Under the pieces are notes generated by a model. The model was not told the DNA's origin. It ran no database searches and saw only the letters and a list, made by a program, of their open reading frames with translations. A stretch of DNA of 64,000 bases, from NCBI GenBank assembly GCA_038109055.1, contig JAYNIM010000001.1:299365-363364 (forward strand), written 5' to 3'. Positions 1 to 10,056 of this stretch are shown in pieces. The stretch is from a bacterium (lineage in GTDB: Bacteria; Margulisbacteria; Marinamargulisbacteria; GCA-2716485; JAYNIM01). The translations under genes were made by a program, and so were the position numbers. Positions within the stretch are counted from its first letter, which is position 1. Every line of letters begins with the position of its first letter.

Positions 1-967
1 TTTGATTCGTTTCTTCTTCTTGCAACATATCGACTATTTGTATGTTAGGTAATGGTTTTTTGTTGACTCGAGTATTTAGCTCAATTAAGCTTTTCCCCTT
101 CTCTTCACTTGTATATTTCAATTCTATTTGTGGTGTCGCTGATCCATTTATTAATAGTGCTTCATGCGTTTTACAGCGATATTTTGCGACTGTATATGTG
201 TCATATCGTGGATGTTGCTCTTGTTTATAGGCGCTATCATGGCATTCATCTAGTATAATCAGGCCTAAATTTTTGAATGGGGCAAATATAGCTGATCTTG
301 GACCAAGAACGATATCTACTTCTTCATTGTAGATTTTGCTCCATTCTATATCTTTTTGTTTTTTTGTTAGTCCGGAGTGTAATAATGCTAATCTCTTTCC
401 AAAACGTGCTTCAAATATAGCAAAAAACTGTGGCGTAAGGGCAATTTCTGGTACGAGAATGATGACGTTTTTTTTATTTTCAATTACTTTTTTTGCTACT
501 TGTAAGTAGATTTCTGTTTTTCCGCTTCCTGTAATCCCATGTATCACTATTTCTTTATATCCATAATAATTATTTATTTCTTTTACTGCCTTTTTCTGCT
601 CGATTGTTAACTTAAACTCTGTCTCTTTTATGGGGTGCTTATTGATTTTTTCAACTTTCCTTAAGGATCTTTTACCAATTACGACCTGATAGGCCTTGTA
701 CGGAGTTGTGTGATAATAATCTTGAAACCATCCCATTAAGTCTATGAGATCTTTGGATAATATGGGCTTCTTTTCATTGAGACATATAATGGGTTTTAAT
801 GGAATTTTTTTTTCGTTAATTCCTTTTTTTATTATGAGTCCGTCACATTCTTTTTGGCCTAATTGAATTTTTACATGGCAGCCTATCGGATAGTTTTCTT
901 GATCAGTGAAGGAGTATGTATAGGTTTGTGGAACTCCGCTGAATACGATTACTTCAGCACTGTTCAT
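1..967 (-). CDS. priA: Primosomal protein N' (5' part; runs off the window's left edge)
   Basis: Not in the ORF track; read manually. ATG at 967 gives MNSAEVIVFSGVPQTYTY. Contains Walker A HGITGSGKTE, VPEIALTPQ, LHSGLT, GPRSAIFAP, LDECHD and SATP. Confidence 0.9.
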   Translation of the reverse strand, partial: MNSAEVIVFSGVPQTYTYSFTDQENYPIGCHVKIQLGQKECDGLIIKKGINEKKIPLKPIICLNEKKPILSKDLIDLMGWFQDYYHTTPYKAYQVVIGKRSLRKVEKINKHPIKETEFKLTIEQKKAVKEINNYYGYKEIVIHGITGSGKTEIYLQVAKKVIENKKNVIILVPEIALTPQFFAIFEARFGKRLALLHSGLTKKQKDIEWSKIYNEEVDIVLGPRSAIFAPFKNLGLIILDECHDSAYKQEQHPRYDTYTVAKYRCKTHEALLINGSATPQIELKYTSEEKGKSLIELNTRVNKKPLPNIQIVDMLQEEETNQ

Positions 968-1922
968 AGCATAGGTATAGCCCCCCAGTTAACGCTACTT
1001 TGTCTGGTTGTTCGAGTGCTATTAGTTTTATTGGCATAGGAGAATGTTTGTATAGATGGGTCTTGGCTGTCTGTTGAATAATCTTTCCGATTGTTCCTTT
1101 ATTAGCTACTGATCCACCTATAAGATAGGTATTACATTGACTTATTTTTTCACTTGTTTCATCTGACCATGCGCGTTTATTTTTAACCTTTTTGATATTT
1201 TTTTTTTGAAGTCTAATGATTATATCTGCTAATGTTATTCCCATTTCCTCAAATAGTGACCTGTGTTTTTTTAATAGCTGATTGGAGCTATTTATTTCTT
1301 TTGGGCTGTGCGTTGTTATGTTTTGTATATAGCGTCCTGATAAATGATCTTCAGCTCTACTCTCTTTTTCGCCTATATTCCCAATGTTTAAATCAGATAT
1401 ATGCCCATCCCCCACAAAGGATATTTTCCCGGATGAACTTATTTCGCATAATGCACCTCCTAATCCTGTGCCAATTCCTATATAGCCTATGCTTTTTTCC
1501 CTTAAATTATTGCAAATGATCCCCCCAATACATTGTAATTTAGCGTCATTATACAGATATAATGTTTCTTCTTGACACAACTTATGAAAATACTCCCATA
1601 TATTTATATGATCAAACTCATTTTTTGTGTGACTTAATTGCTTTGCGGATCCTTTTTCTAATGTATAATTCTCGCGGCTAAAATTTCCTGGACAACCTAT
1701 GATTATTTTATTCACTCTTTGAGGTTTTTTTATTTTTTCTTTACATGTTTTAATTACCTTATCTATCTGATTGTATAAATTTTCTTTCCCTTTTCTTACT
1801 TGTTGTTGAACGTTATAACAGGCGGCTTTTGTTATTAGAAAGTCGGTGTCAATCTCGTACATTGCAATATTAAGAGTTGTACCTCCAATATCTATTACTA
1901 TCCCATAGTTTTCGGTTCTCAT
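954..1922 (-). CDS. ROK family sugar kinase-like protein
   Basis: DIGGT, NDA and GIGTGLGGA motifs; lacks the CxCGxxGC zinc motif. Confidence 0.75.
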   Translation of the reverse strand: MRTENYGIVIDIGGTTLNIAMYEIDTDFLITKAACYNVQQQVRKGKENLYNQIDKVIKTCKEKIKKPQRVNKIIIGCPGNFSRENYTLEKGSAKQLSHTKNEFDHINIWEYFHKLCQEETLYLYNDAKLQCIGGIICNNLREKSIGYIGIGTGLGGALCEISSSGKISFVGDGHISDLNIGNIGEKESRAEDHLSGRYIQNITTHSPKEINSSNQLLKKHRSLFEEMGITLADIIIRLQKKNIKKVKNKRAWSDETSEKISQCNTYLIGGSVANKGTIGKIIQQTAKTHLYKHSPMPIKLIALEQPDKVALTGGLYLCYEQC

Positions 1923-2036
1923 CTTATTATTATACCTGATATGTCTATTATTTTATGTACTTTTGAGACTATATGATGAATTATGACTTTCTGATCTATG
2001 GCCATTATTAACGATAATGGGATTATTATTTCAGGC

Positions 2037-2900
2037 TTATGTTAATATTTGCGCGCCATTTTCTGTGACACAGACAGTATGTTCCCATTGAGCAGATAGT
2101 TTTTTGTCTTTTGTTACCGCTGTCCAACCATCTTTTAAAATTTTAGCAGCGGCTACTCCCTCATTGATCATAGGTTCAACTGTAAATATCATGTTTGGAA
2201 CCATGATCATTTGTTTTTCTTTTCTTTTACAGTGATAAATAAAGGGCTCTTCATGAAACGCTTTTCCTATTCCATGCCCACCAAATACATTAACTACGCC
2301 ATAGCCTTTTTCTGTCGCATAGTCTTCTATAGCATCACCTATTACACCAATCTCTTCCCAGGGTTTTATCGCTTGTATGCCTAGTTCTAAACATTTTTTG
2401 GTTTCTTCACTTAACTTTTTGGCCTCTTTTGTTATCTTACCTATTTCGTACATCCGACAGGAATCCCCATAGTAACCGTTTAAGATGCATGTAATATCTA
2501 TATTGATGATATCTCCTTCTATTAATTTTCTATCTGAAGGTATTCCGTGGCAGATTACCTCATTGATAGATGTACAAATACTTTTGGGAAATCCTTTGTA
2601 GTTTAGTGGGGCTGGCGTTGCTCCGGCCTTTAAGGTTTCGGCGTGCACCCAGTCATTAATTTCGTTTGTGCTCACCCCTTCTTTTACAATGTCATTTAAT
2701 TCATCTAAAAGTTTTTTTGTAAGTTCACAGCTCTTTTTGATTCCTTGAATGTCTTTTTCACTTTTTATTAGGCTATGAGGAGGTATTGGGTAGCCTTTCA
2801 GTTTTAATTCTGTTAATTTTTCATCATGGCTTAAATGGCATCTTTTATATTTCTTTCCACTCCCACACCAGCAACTTTCGTTTCTTCTTTTTTTAAGCAT
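2037..2900 (-). CDS. map: Methionine aminopeptidase type I with N-terminal SEC-C motif
   Basis: CWCGSGKKYKRCH; SINEVICHGIP, DITC, GHGIG-FHEEP, EPMIN, SAQWEHT. Confidence 0.95.
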   Translation of the reverse strand: MLKKRRNESCWCGSGKKYKRCHLSHDEKLTELKLKGYPIPPHSLIKSEKDIQGIKKSCELTKKLLDELNDIVKEGVSTNEINDWVHAETLKAGATPAPLNYKGFPKSICTSINEVICHGIPSDRKLIEGDIINIDITCILNGYYGDSCRMYEIGKITKEAKKLSEETKKCLELGIQAIKPWEEIGVIGDAIEDYATEKGYGVVNVFGGHGIGKAFHEEPFIYHCKRKEKQMIMVPNMIFTVEPMINEGVAAAKILKDGWTAVTKDKKLSAQWEHTVCVTENGAQILT

Positions 2901-3131
2901 ACTTTTAGTATAAATCTATCTTGTTAAATTATGAAGGCAATATTTTATTAAGTTGTTTATTTTTTAACTCTTTTTTTATTAATTTATCTATCTTTTGCTC
3001 TGTGTACACTAGTCTCTATTCTTTTAACATAGGCTAATGGATAATATTTAGTCGAATTCTTTCTTAAAGCATTTTTAATTTTTTTTTGTTTATTTCATAT
3101 CGCTTTAATTCATATTTTTCCGCTTAATTGA

Positions 3132-4040
3132 TTATTTTATACTTAATCGATTGATGAGTTTTTCTTCTAAGGAATCTTTTTGAGGTTTGTAATTATATTT
3201 CCAGCTGTTATTTGGCGGTAATGACATTAAAATACTTTCTGTTCGGCCACCGGTTTTTAGTCCAAAGCTTGTTCCTTTGTCATAAATTAGGTTAAATTCT
3301 GCATATCTGCCTCTTCGTATATTTTGCCATGTTTTATGTTCTTCGGTATAGTGACTGTCTTTTCTTCTCTGCACAATTCGCAGGTAGATGTCTGGAAAAC
3401 TGCTGGATAATTGATCTATAAATCCCAATAACTTCTTCGTGTCACTATCAGTTAAATAATCAAAAAAGATACCGCCTATGCCTCTATATTCATTCCGATG
3501 TGGCAAATAAAAATATCTATCGCAGTTCTCTTTATACTTTTCGTAGCAACCTTCATTGTATTTATCACAAATTAATTTATAATTTTCATGAAATTCACTT
3601 TCATCTTCTTCAAAATAATAGCAAGGTGTTAGGTCACAACCTCCTCCTACCCAATATATAAACTCTTTTTTATTTTTTAATTCAAAATATCTATAATTTG
3701 CATGAATGATTGGGACAAAAGGGTTTTTGGGGTGAATGACTATACTTATACCTGTTGCATAAAATTCGGAACCTTCTATTGTCTTGTAGGTGAGTTGTTT
3801 TGTTTTAAGCATACTTTTAAATAACGCGACCTCTTTTCCTGATAAGGTTCCGTGCACTATGCTTGTGTTGACGCCTGCTTTTTCAAATACATCTCCATCT
3901 TCTAGTACCATTGTTTTCCCCCCGCCTCCTTTTTCTCTCTTCCAGATATCTATTTTAAATTTTTTATTGTCTATCTTTTCCAATTCTTTTGTAATTCTTT
4001 TTTGACTTTTATTTACTAGTTCTTCCATGTTTTTTTTCAT
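3132..4040 (-). CDS. hemF: Oxygen-dependent coproporphyrinogen III oxidase
   Basis: FEKAGVN, HPKNP, HANYRYF, GGGCDLTP, RGIGGIFFD, RRGRYAEFNL, ESILMSLP. Confidence 0.95.
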   Translation of the reverse strand: MKKNMEELVNKSQKRITKELEKIDNKKFKIDIWKREKGGGGKTMVLEDGDVFEKAGVNTSIVHGTLSGKEVALFKSMLKTKQLTYKTIEGSEFYATGISIVIHPKNPFVPIIHANYRYFELKNKKEFIYWVGGGCDLTPCYYFEEDESEFHENYKLICDKYNEGCYEKYKENCDRYFYLPHRNEYRGIGGIFFDYLTDSDTKKLLGFIDQLSSSFPDIYLRIVQRRKDSHYTEEHKTWQNIRRGRYAEFNLIYDKGTSFGLKTGGRTESILMSLPPNNSWKYNYKPQKDSLEEKLINRLSIK

Positions 4041-4130
4041 TTTACTATTATACGTCTCATCTTTATTTTTCGCATCCTTCTAATTTATAAATAGACTTTT
4101 TTTTACTATTAATATATAATTTGGTTTACT

Positions 4131-4298
4131 ATGAATAAAACATATTTTGTGGGTCTATTATTAACATTTGTAGGACTTTTACTTTATTTTACTGCTAGCT
4201 TCTCATCTTTTGCTGCCACTAATGTAGAAAACGCTGAGCCGGGTTCTAACAACTCCTGTTCTTATTCGCTAGATGGCTGTTGCCCTAAATCTGAGTAA
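4131..4298 (+). CDS. Small (55 aa) putative exported Cys-containing peptide
   Basis: Manual translation: MNKTYFVGLLLTFVGLLLYFTASFSSFAATNVENAEPGSNNSCSYSLDGCCPKSE. Signal-peptide-like N-terminus; TATAAT 10 nt upstream; fills the hemF-metallophosphoesterase gap. Confidence 0.5.
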   Translation: MNKTYFVGLLLTFVGLLLYFTASFSSFAATNVENAEPGSNNSCSYSLDGCCPKSE

Positions 4299-5388
4299 TA
4301 TTAATGACTGTAATTTCGTTCTGAGTTCCTAAGCGATGTATTTCTGGTCTAGAATAGCCAGTGCCTTGACTTATGTAAAAATGTTGATTTTTATTTATCT
4401 TGTAATATCCTTTTGAGTATTTATTTGTCCATCTTGTAATCCATGTCATGGGCCAAAATTGACCGCCATGAGTGTGCCCTGATAACTGCATATCTATTTT
4501 AGGGTGATGCTTTAATAATTCTGGATTGTTTCTGTGATATAAAAGTATATTGTAGGTGGTCTCAGAAACTAACTTTTTGATTTTTTCTGATACTATTGTT
4601 AAAGCGTTTCTTTCCTTTTTCTTATTTTTTTGCCAAAAAGGATCCTCGACACCAATAAGGGTTAAATCTAACTCGTTTATTTTTAGACACTCATTAGATA
4701 AATAATGCCAGTTCAGCTCTTTTTTTATTGTTTTTTTAACGTCCTCTATGTTTTGACTGTAATCGTCGTTTCCAGATATGTAGAAGGTCCCATGTCTTGG
4801 CTTCATATGACTTAGTAAGGAGAGCTTTTCGTGTAAATGCGTCAACTCTGAACTGATGATATCCCCAGTGACTAAGATTATTTCAGGATTTATTTCTTTT
4901 ACTGTATCTACTAGTCTTTTAATAAATTTATTGTTTGTGACAGTGTTCATATGTAGGTCGCTCAATAATACTATTTTTAAGCTTTTTATTTTCTTTCTTG
5001 TGTGACATGTGATTTCTTTAATTTTAAATTTTGGAAATATTAGTTGATAGCTGCTGTGGCTGATTATCCCTAAAGCAATATATATGATTCCATTCGATAT
5101 ATAGGGTTCTTTAATATCACGTATATTTTCAATTAATTTGGTTATTCCCCAGAGTATAGGTGTAAAGGAAATAAAGCTGTGCCATAGAAATCCAATGCTA
5201 TCTATATATATTTTTAAACCTATATTTTTTAGCTCTAATTTTTTACTAAATACAACAATACTGTATAACCAAAGAGCTATCATGATGACAATCCAAGGGA
5301 CTTCAATGTTAATGATTGTTTTTAACATAATTATTGCTAACCCATTAAAAACGCCTGTGAATAGCAGTATCCAGATATTTTTACTCAT
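4285..5388 (-). CDS. Membrane-anchored metallophosphoesterase (YkuE-like)
   Basis: N-terminal TM helices, then SDLH, TGD, GNDD (usually GNHD) and SGHTHGGQ. Confidence 0.85.
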   Translation of the reverse strand: MSKNIWILLFTGVFNGLAIIMLKTIINIEVPWIVIMIALWLYSIVVFSKKLELKNIGLKIYIDSIGFLWHSFISFTPILWGITKLIENIRDIKEPYISNGIIYIALGIISHSSYQLIFPKFKIKEITCHTRKKIKSLKIVLLSDLHMNTVTNNKFIKRLVDTVKEINPEIILVTGDIISSELTHLHEKLSLLSHMKPRHGTFYISGNDDYSQNIEDVKKTIKKELNWHYLSNECLKINELDLTLIGVEDPFWQKNKKKERNALTIVSEKIKKLVSETTYNILLYHRNNPELLKHHPKIDMQLSGHTHGGQFWPMTWITRWTNKYSKGYYKINKNQHFYISQGTGYSRPEIHRLGTQNEITVINITQI

Positions 5389-5408
5389 ATTTACTAATCT
5401 CTGTGTGG

Positions 5409-5993
5409 CTATTGATCTTGAATTTTGTCTAATTTTTGTAGAAATCCAGCTTCTGCTTTTACTAGAATGGCTATTTTATGTAGTTCTTTAAGTGTTTTTT
5501 TTGGCTTCTTGTTTTTTAGGTTGTAAAGTGAATTTATTGTTTTTTGAGCTAAACAGAAAGCGACTATCTTTTCTTTGTTTTCATTGCTCAACTTATTTTC
5601 CTTTATTTTTTTATATAACACTTTTAGTATTTCTATTTGATAGTAGAGTGTTTGTAAATAGTATTCTTGTATTAATGCAGGTATCAAGTTTGCTATAAAT
5701 GCTTGATTATTTCCAATTTGGTGATAACTTAACGCAAGTAGTACAATGGCTCTGACGTCTGCGTTCTCTATTTCTTTATTTAAATTCTGTAGTATGGCTA
5801 TGTTTTCGTTTTTATCCCCCTCTTTTTGAACCCTAATAATATTTTTTAAATAATTATTAACATTACCTTTATTTGTTGTGATAGTGATGTTGTAATTGTT
5901 AAAATTGTCGCTGTTACCTTCAGATTTTATATGATTATTTTCTTTTTCTTTTCTTATTGTTTTGTTTAGATATGATGAGAACTTTTTATCCAT
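5409..5993 (-). CDS. Hypothetical protein
   Basis: 194-aa ORF overlapping the ribH stop; no motif recognised. Confidence 0.55.
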   Translation of the reverse strand: MDKKFSSYLNKTIRKEKENNHIKSEGNSDNFNNYNITITTNKGNVNNYLKNIIRVQKEGDKNENIAILQNLNKEIENADVRAIVLLALSYHQIGNNQAFIANLIPALIQEYYLQTLYYQIEILKVLYKKIKENKLSNENKEKIVAFCLAQKTINSLYNLKNKKPKKTLKELHKIAILVKAEAGFLQKLDKIQDQ

Positions 5994-6402
5994 TTTTATT
6001 ATTATGAAGAAGTCGGTCTATTGTTTTTGCTGTTGTATACCCCTTATTACTTTCGCCTTTTTTTGCTCGTTGGCGTGCTTCTCTGATGTTATTTGTCATT
6101 AGTATTCCAAAGCCAATTGGTTTATTTTTTTCTAGCATTACCTGCATGATTCCGTTAGTTACACCCTGACACACATACTCAAAATGTTCTGTCTCACCTT
6201 TAATTACTGTCCCTAAGGCAATGATCGCATCCACATCATCCAGCTCTCTTTGACACATTAATGGGATTTCAAACGCTCCAGGGACCCATATTGTTTGAGT
6301 ATTTTCATAGCCATTATTATCTAAATAAACATTTGCTTCGCTAGTTAGCTGTTTTGTTATTTCAACATTAAATTCTGATGCTATTATTTTAATTTTTCGC
6401 AT
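5986..6402 (-). CDS. ribH: 6,7-dimethyl-8-ribityllumazine synthase
   Basis: VPGAFEIP, LGTVIKGETEHFEYV, PIGFGIL. Confidence 0.95.
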   Translation of the reverse strand: MRKIKIIASEFNVEITKQLTSEANVYLDNNGYENTQTIWVPGAFEIPLMCQRELDDVDAIIALGTVIKGETEHFEYVCQGVTNGIMQVMLEKNKPIGFGILMTNNIREARQRAKKGESNKGYTTAKTIDRLLHNNKNG

Positions 6403-6410
6403 TTTTGCTT

Positions 6411-7610
6411 CTAAAATATGTGTCCTAGTTCATTTTTTTTGGTTGATAGGTACTTTTTATTATACTTATTTTTAGGAATAATAATAGGAATTCGTTCTAC
6501 TATTTGAATACCATAGCCTTCTAGACCTATAATTTTTTTTGGATTATTTGTTAGTAATTTTAATTTTTTTAACTTTAGTTTTAACAAAATTTGGGCGCCT
6601 ATCCCATAATCTCGCAAGTCTGCCTCATATCCTAGTTTCTTATTTGCCTCGACTGTATTTAAGCCCTTCTCTTGTAATTTATAGGCTTTTAATTTGTTCT
6701 CTAGCCCAATACCACGGCCTTCTTGTCTTAGATATAATATCGCTCCTTTTCCCTCTTTTTCTATTAACTGCATTGCTTTATCTAACTGTTCCCCACAATC
6801 ACAGCGTAATGAATGAAATATATCTCCTGTACAACATTCGGAATGGATACGTACTAATACTTTTTCCTCTTCTTGTATATTCCCTTTTGTTAATGCCAAA
6901 TGTAATTTATTATTTAATGTATCTTTCATGCTATGCAGCTTAAATTCGCCGTATTTCGTTGGTAAATTGATAACTTCTTGTTCTTCTATAAAACTTTCAT
7001 GTTGAATTCTATAGGTTATTAAATCTTTGATACTTATTATTTTTAAGGAATGCTTTTTGGCAAATTGTTTTAGATCCTCAAGCCGGGCCATGCTCCCGTC
7101 TGGATTAATAATTTCACAGATTACCCCTGCTGCAGAGAAGCCTGCAAGTCTTGCTAGGTCAACAGCCGCTTCTGTGTGTCCCGCTCTTCGTAATACACCC
7201 ATTTTTCTTGCCCTTAATGGAAAGATATGTCCTGGACTTACTAAATCTTCGCTTGTACATTTAGGATCGATTAATACCTGAATTGTTTTAGCTCTATCTT
7301 TTGCTGAAATTCCTGTTGTAACACCATGTTTTCTATTCGCATCTATTGATACTGTAAAGGCAGTGTTGTGAAGTTCAGTATTTTTTGTAACCATATTTTG
7401 AATTTTAACTTTCTCTAAAATTTCATCTATTACTGGTACACAAACCAATCCTTTTGCCTCACTTATCATGAAGTTAATCTTTTCAGAGCTTGCTGCATCA
7501 GCAGCCATGACCAAGTCCCCCTCATTTTCTCTATCTTCGTCATCAATGACGATGATCATTTTTCCTTCTTTTATATCTTTGATTGCCTCTGTTATTGTGT
7601 TTAAACTCAT
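6411..7610 (-). CDS. ribBA: Bifunctional DHBP synthase / GTP cyclohydrolase II
   Basis: DDEDRENEGD, PGHIFPL, RAGHTEA; RIHSECCTGD, RCDCG, QEGRGIGL. Confidence 0.97.
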   Translation of the reverse strand: MSLNTITEAIKDIKEGKMIIVIDDEDRENEGDLVMAADAASSEKINFMISEAKGLVCVPVIDEILEKVKIQNMVTKNTELHNTAFTVSIDANRKHGVTTGISAKDRAKTIQVLIDPKCTSEDLVSPGHIFPLRARKMGVLRRAGHTEAAVDLARLAGFSAAGVICEIINPDGSMARLEDLKQFAKKHSLKIISIKDLITYRIQHESFIEEQEVINLPTKYGEFKLHSMKDTLNNKLHLALTKGNIQEEEKVLVRIHSECCTGDIFHSLRCDCGEQLDKAMQLIEKEGKGAILYLRQEGRGIGLENKLKAYKLQEKGLNTVEANKKLGYEADLRDYGIGAQILLKLKLKKLKLLTNNPKKIIGLEGYGIQIVERIPIIIPKNKYNKKYLSTKKNELGHIF

Positions 7611-7611
7611 A

Positions 7612-8208
7612 TTAGTTCTTAATTTCTATATTTCTTTGTATATATTTCCCAATAATATCAAATTCTAAGTTTAGCTCATCATTAATTTTTTTATTTTTTA
7701 TTATTGTGTTTTCATAGGTGTGCGGTATAAGGTGGCATTCAAATGTCTTATTTTGTAAATTAACTAGTGTTAATGCAATCCCCTCGATAGCGATGGAGCC
7801 TTTTTCTACCACTAACTTTTGAAATTGAGGCGGATAGTCTACTTCTAGTATTGTCCATTCGTCTGTTTTATTTATGTTTTTTACCCTTCCTTTACAATCA
7901 ACATGTCCCGTCACGATATGTCCGTTTATGAGCGTGTTCATTGTTAGACTGGGTTCTATATTTACTAAATCATTTTTTTTCAGGGTTTTTAACGTGGTTT
8001 TTTTTAATGTTTCAGGTAAATAATCAAACGTTATTAAACGATTAATTTTGCTTGTGATAGTTGAACATACGCCATTGACAGCTATGCTATCCCCAATACG
8101 CACCATATCATATAGTTCTTCGGAAATTTCTATACTTAGTACTTTTCCGTTGTTAAGAACCTTACTCTCTTTTATCTTAGCTACTTCTTGTATAATCCCA
8201 CTAAACAT
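7612..8208 (-). CDS. ribE: Riboflavin synthase alpha chain
   Basis: MFSGII, GDSIAVNGVCST, GHIVTGHVD, KGSIAIEGIALT. Confidence 0.95.
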   Translation of the reverse strand: MFSGIIQEVAKIKESKVLNNGKVLSIEISEELYDMVRIGDSIAVNGVCSTITSKINRLITFDYLPETLKKTTLKTLKKNDLVNIEPSLTMNTLINGHIVTGHVDCKGRVKNINKTDEWTILEVDYPPQFQKLVVEKGSIAIEGIALTLVNLQNKTFECHLIPHTYENTIIKNKKINDELNLEFDIIGKYIQRNIEIKN

Positions 8209-8611
8209 CTTCTTTTAAATCTTTTACATATGCCCCTAAAATTCCATTTATAAATTTGGATGATTCGTTTGTTGAAAATTTTTTGGCTAATTCCAATATC
8301 TCATTGATTATGACACTTTCTGCTGTCTCTGTATACAATAGTTCATAGAATCCAAGCCTTAGTAATGACTTGTCCACGATGTTGATTCTGTCCATTTTCC
8401 AATCTATTGCATATTTTTTTATTAACGTATCGGTCTGCTCTTTTTCTTCCCAGGCTTTTTCTGCTAATTCTAAGGCATTTTTTTTACTTTCTTCCATTAC
8501 TTGATTCTCTATAAGAAGGTCTTTTCTTAGGCCCCCTTCTTTTTCTTCATTAAATGCTAACTGAAAAAGTAATTGCATAGCCAATTTTCTGCTTGTTTGT
8601 ACTTTACCCAT
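8201..8611 (-). CDS. nusB: Transcription antitermination factor NusB
   Basis: SRKLAMQLLFQ, INEILELAKKFS, FINGIL. Confidence 0.92.
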   Translation of the reverse strand: MGKVQTSRKLAMQLLFQLAFNEEKEGGLRKDLLIENQVMEESKKNALELAEKAWEEKEQTDTLIKKYAIDWKMDRINIVDKSLLRLGFYELLYTETAESVIINEILELAKKFSTNESSKFINGILGAYVKDLKEDV

Positions 8612-9956
8612 TGTGTTCAGTTAGAATTTTTGTTTCCACAAAATTTGTATCATAATTTCCAGATTGAAATTCTTTATGGTTTATGACCCTCTTATGAAAT
8701 GGAATTGTTGAACTTACACCATCTAATATAAATTCATCTAAGGCTCTTTTTGCTCGATTAATAGTTTCTTTTCTGTCTCTTCCAAATATGATTAATTTCC
8801 CTATTAAAGAGTCATAAAAGGCTTTTATTTCATACTCTGGATAAATAAAGCTGTCTGTTCTTACACCATAGCCGCCTGGTGGTAAAAATAATGACACTTT
8901 CCCAGGTGATGGCTGAAAATCTTTTAAGTAATTTTCTGCGTTTATTCTAAATTCGATGGCATGTCCATTGAACTGTATCTCTTTTTGTTTGAGAGTCAAT
9001 TTTTCTTCATAAGCTATTTTTATTTGCTGTTTTACTAGATCTATCCCACTGATCATTTCTGTTACGGGATGTTCTACTTGGATTCGTGTATTCATTTCCA
9101 TAAAATAAAAATTTTGGTCCTTATCCATAAGGAATTCGATCGTTCCTGCACCTTGATACTCTATTCCTTTGGCAATTGTTATTGCCATTTCCCCCATTTT
9201 TTTGCGTAATTTATCCGTTAAAAACGTCGATGGGGCTTCTTCTATCAATTTTTGATGCCGTCTTTGAATTGAACATTCACGTTCTCCTAAATGTATGGCG
9301 TGCTTGCCATCTGATAATAGTTGTATTTCTATATGCCTTGGATTTTCTATATATTTTTCTATATATAAATCCCCATTTCCAAATACTGATTTTGCTTCAT
9401 TTTTCGCTTGTTCATATGCTTTGTGCAACTCTTCTTTTTTTTCTACAATTCGCATGCCTTTTCCGCCACCACCGGCAGATGCTTTGATTAGTAACGGATA
9501 TCCAACTTTCTTTGAAACCTCGTCTAATTCTTTAAAGCTTTTAATCACTCCATTCGAACCAGGCACTGTTGGAATATTAAGCCCTTCAACTGTTTTTTTA
9601 GCTTGGCTTTTATTTCCCATCAATCGGATGTTTTTACCAGATGCGCCTATAAATTTGATTTTATTGGCACTGCAAATATCGCTAAAATCTGCATTTTCGG
9701 ATAAGAACCCATATCCGGGATGTATGGCTTCACTCCCTGTTATTTCTGCGGCCGCAATAAGACTTGGAATTTTAAGATAACTTTTACTTAGGGCGGCCGG
9801 CCCTATGCAAACCGTTTCATCGGCCATTTTTACATGTAAAGCGTCTTGGTCTACGTCTGAATATACGGCTACTGTTTCTATCTCCATTTCTTTGCACGCT
9901 CTAATGATTCTTACGGCTATTTCTCCCCTATTAGCTATTAGAATTTTTTTGAACAC
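8604..9956 (-). CDS. accC: Acetyl-CoA carboxylase biotin carboxylase subunit
   Basis: ANRGEIAVR, HPGYGFLSEN, GGGGKGMR, RECSIQRRHQK, EMNTRIQVEH; GTG start with AGGAG RBS. Confidence 0.95.
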   Translation of the reverse strand: MFKKILIANRGEIAVRIIRACKEMEIETVAVYSDVDQDALHVKMADETVCIGPAALSKSYLKIPSLIAAAEITGSEAIHPGYGFLSENADFSDICSANKIKFIGASGKNIRLMGNKSQAKKTVEGLNIPTVPGSNGVIKSFKELDEVSKKVGYPLLIKASAGGGGKGMRIVEKKEELHKAYEQAKNEAKSVFGNGDLYIEKYIENPRHIEIQLLSDGKHAIHLGERECSIQRRHQKLIEEAPSTFLTDKLRKKMGEMAITIAKGIEYQGAGTIEFLMDKDQNFYFMEMNTRIQVEHPVTEMISGIDLVKQQIKIAYEEKLTLKQKEIQFNGHAIEFRINAENYLKDFQPSPGKVSLFLPPGGYGVRTDSFIYPEYEIKAFYDSLIGKLIIFGRDRKETINRAKRALDEFILDGVSSTIPFHKRVINHKEFQSGNYDTNFVETKILTEHNG

Positions 9957-10056
9957 TTTAATACTCCTAATTTTCTGTTTGTATTTGTTGTTTATTTTAT
10001 CTTAAGTAGTATAACATGGATTTTTTGTATAGAATGTGTGTAATTGGCGTTACGTT

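Noticed and set aside
2037..2900. SEC-C fused methionine aminopeptidase as a novelty
   Set aside because: Known architecture in several bacterial groups.
9957..10056. FMN riboswitch for the rib genes
   Set aside because: The rib genes are internal to the accC-nusB operon, and the short upstream gap shows no RFN consensus.
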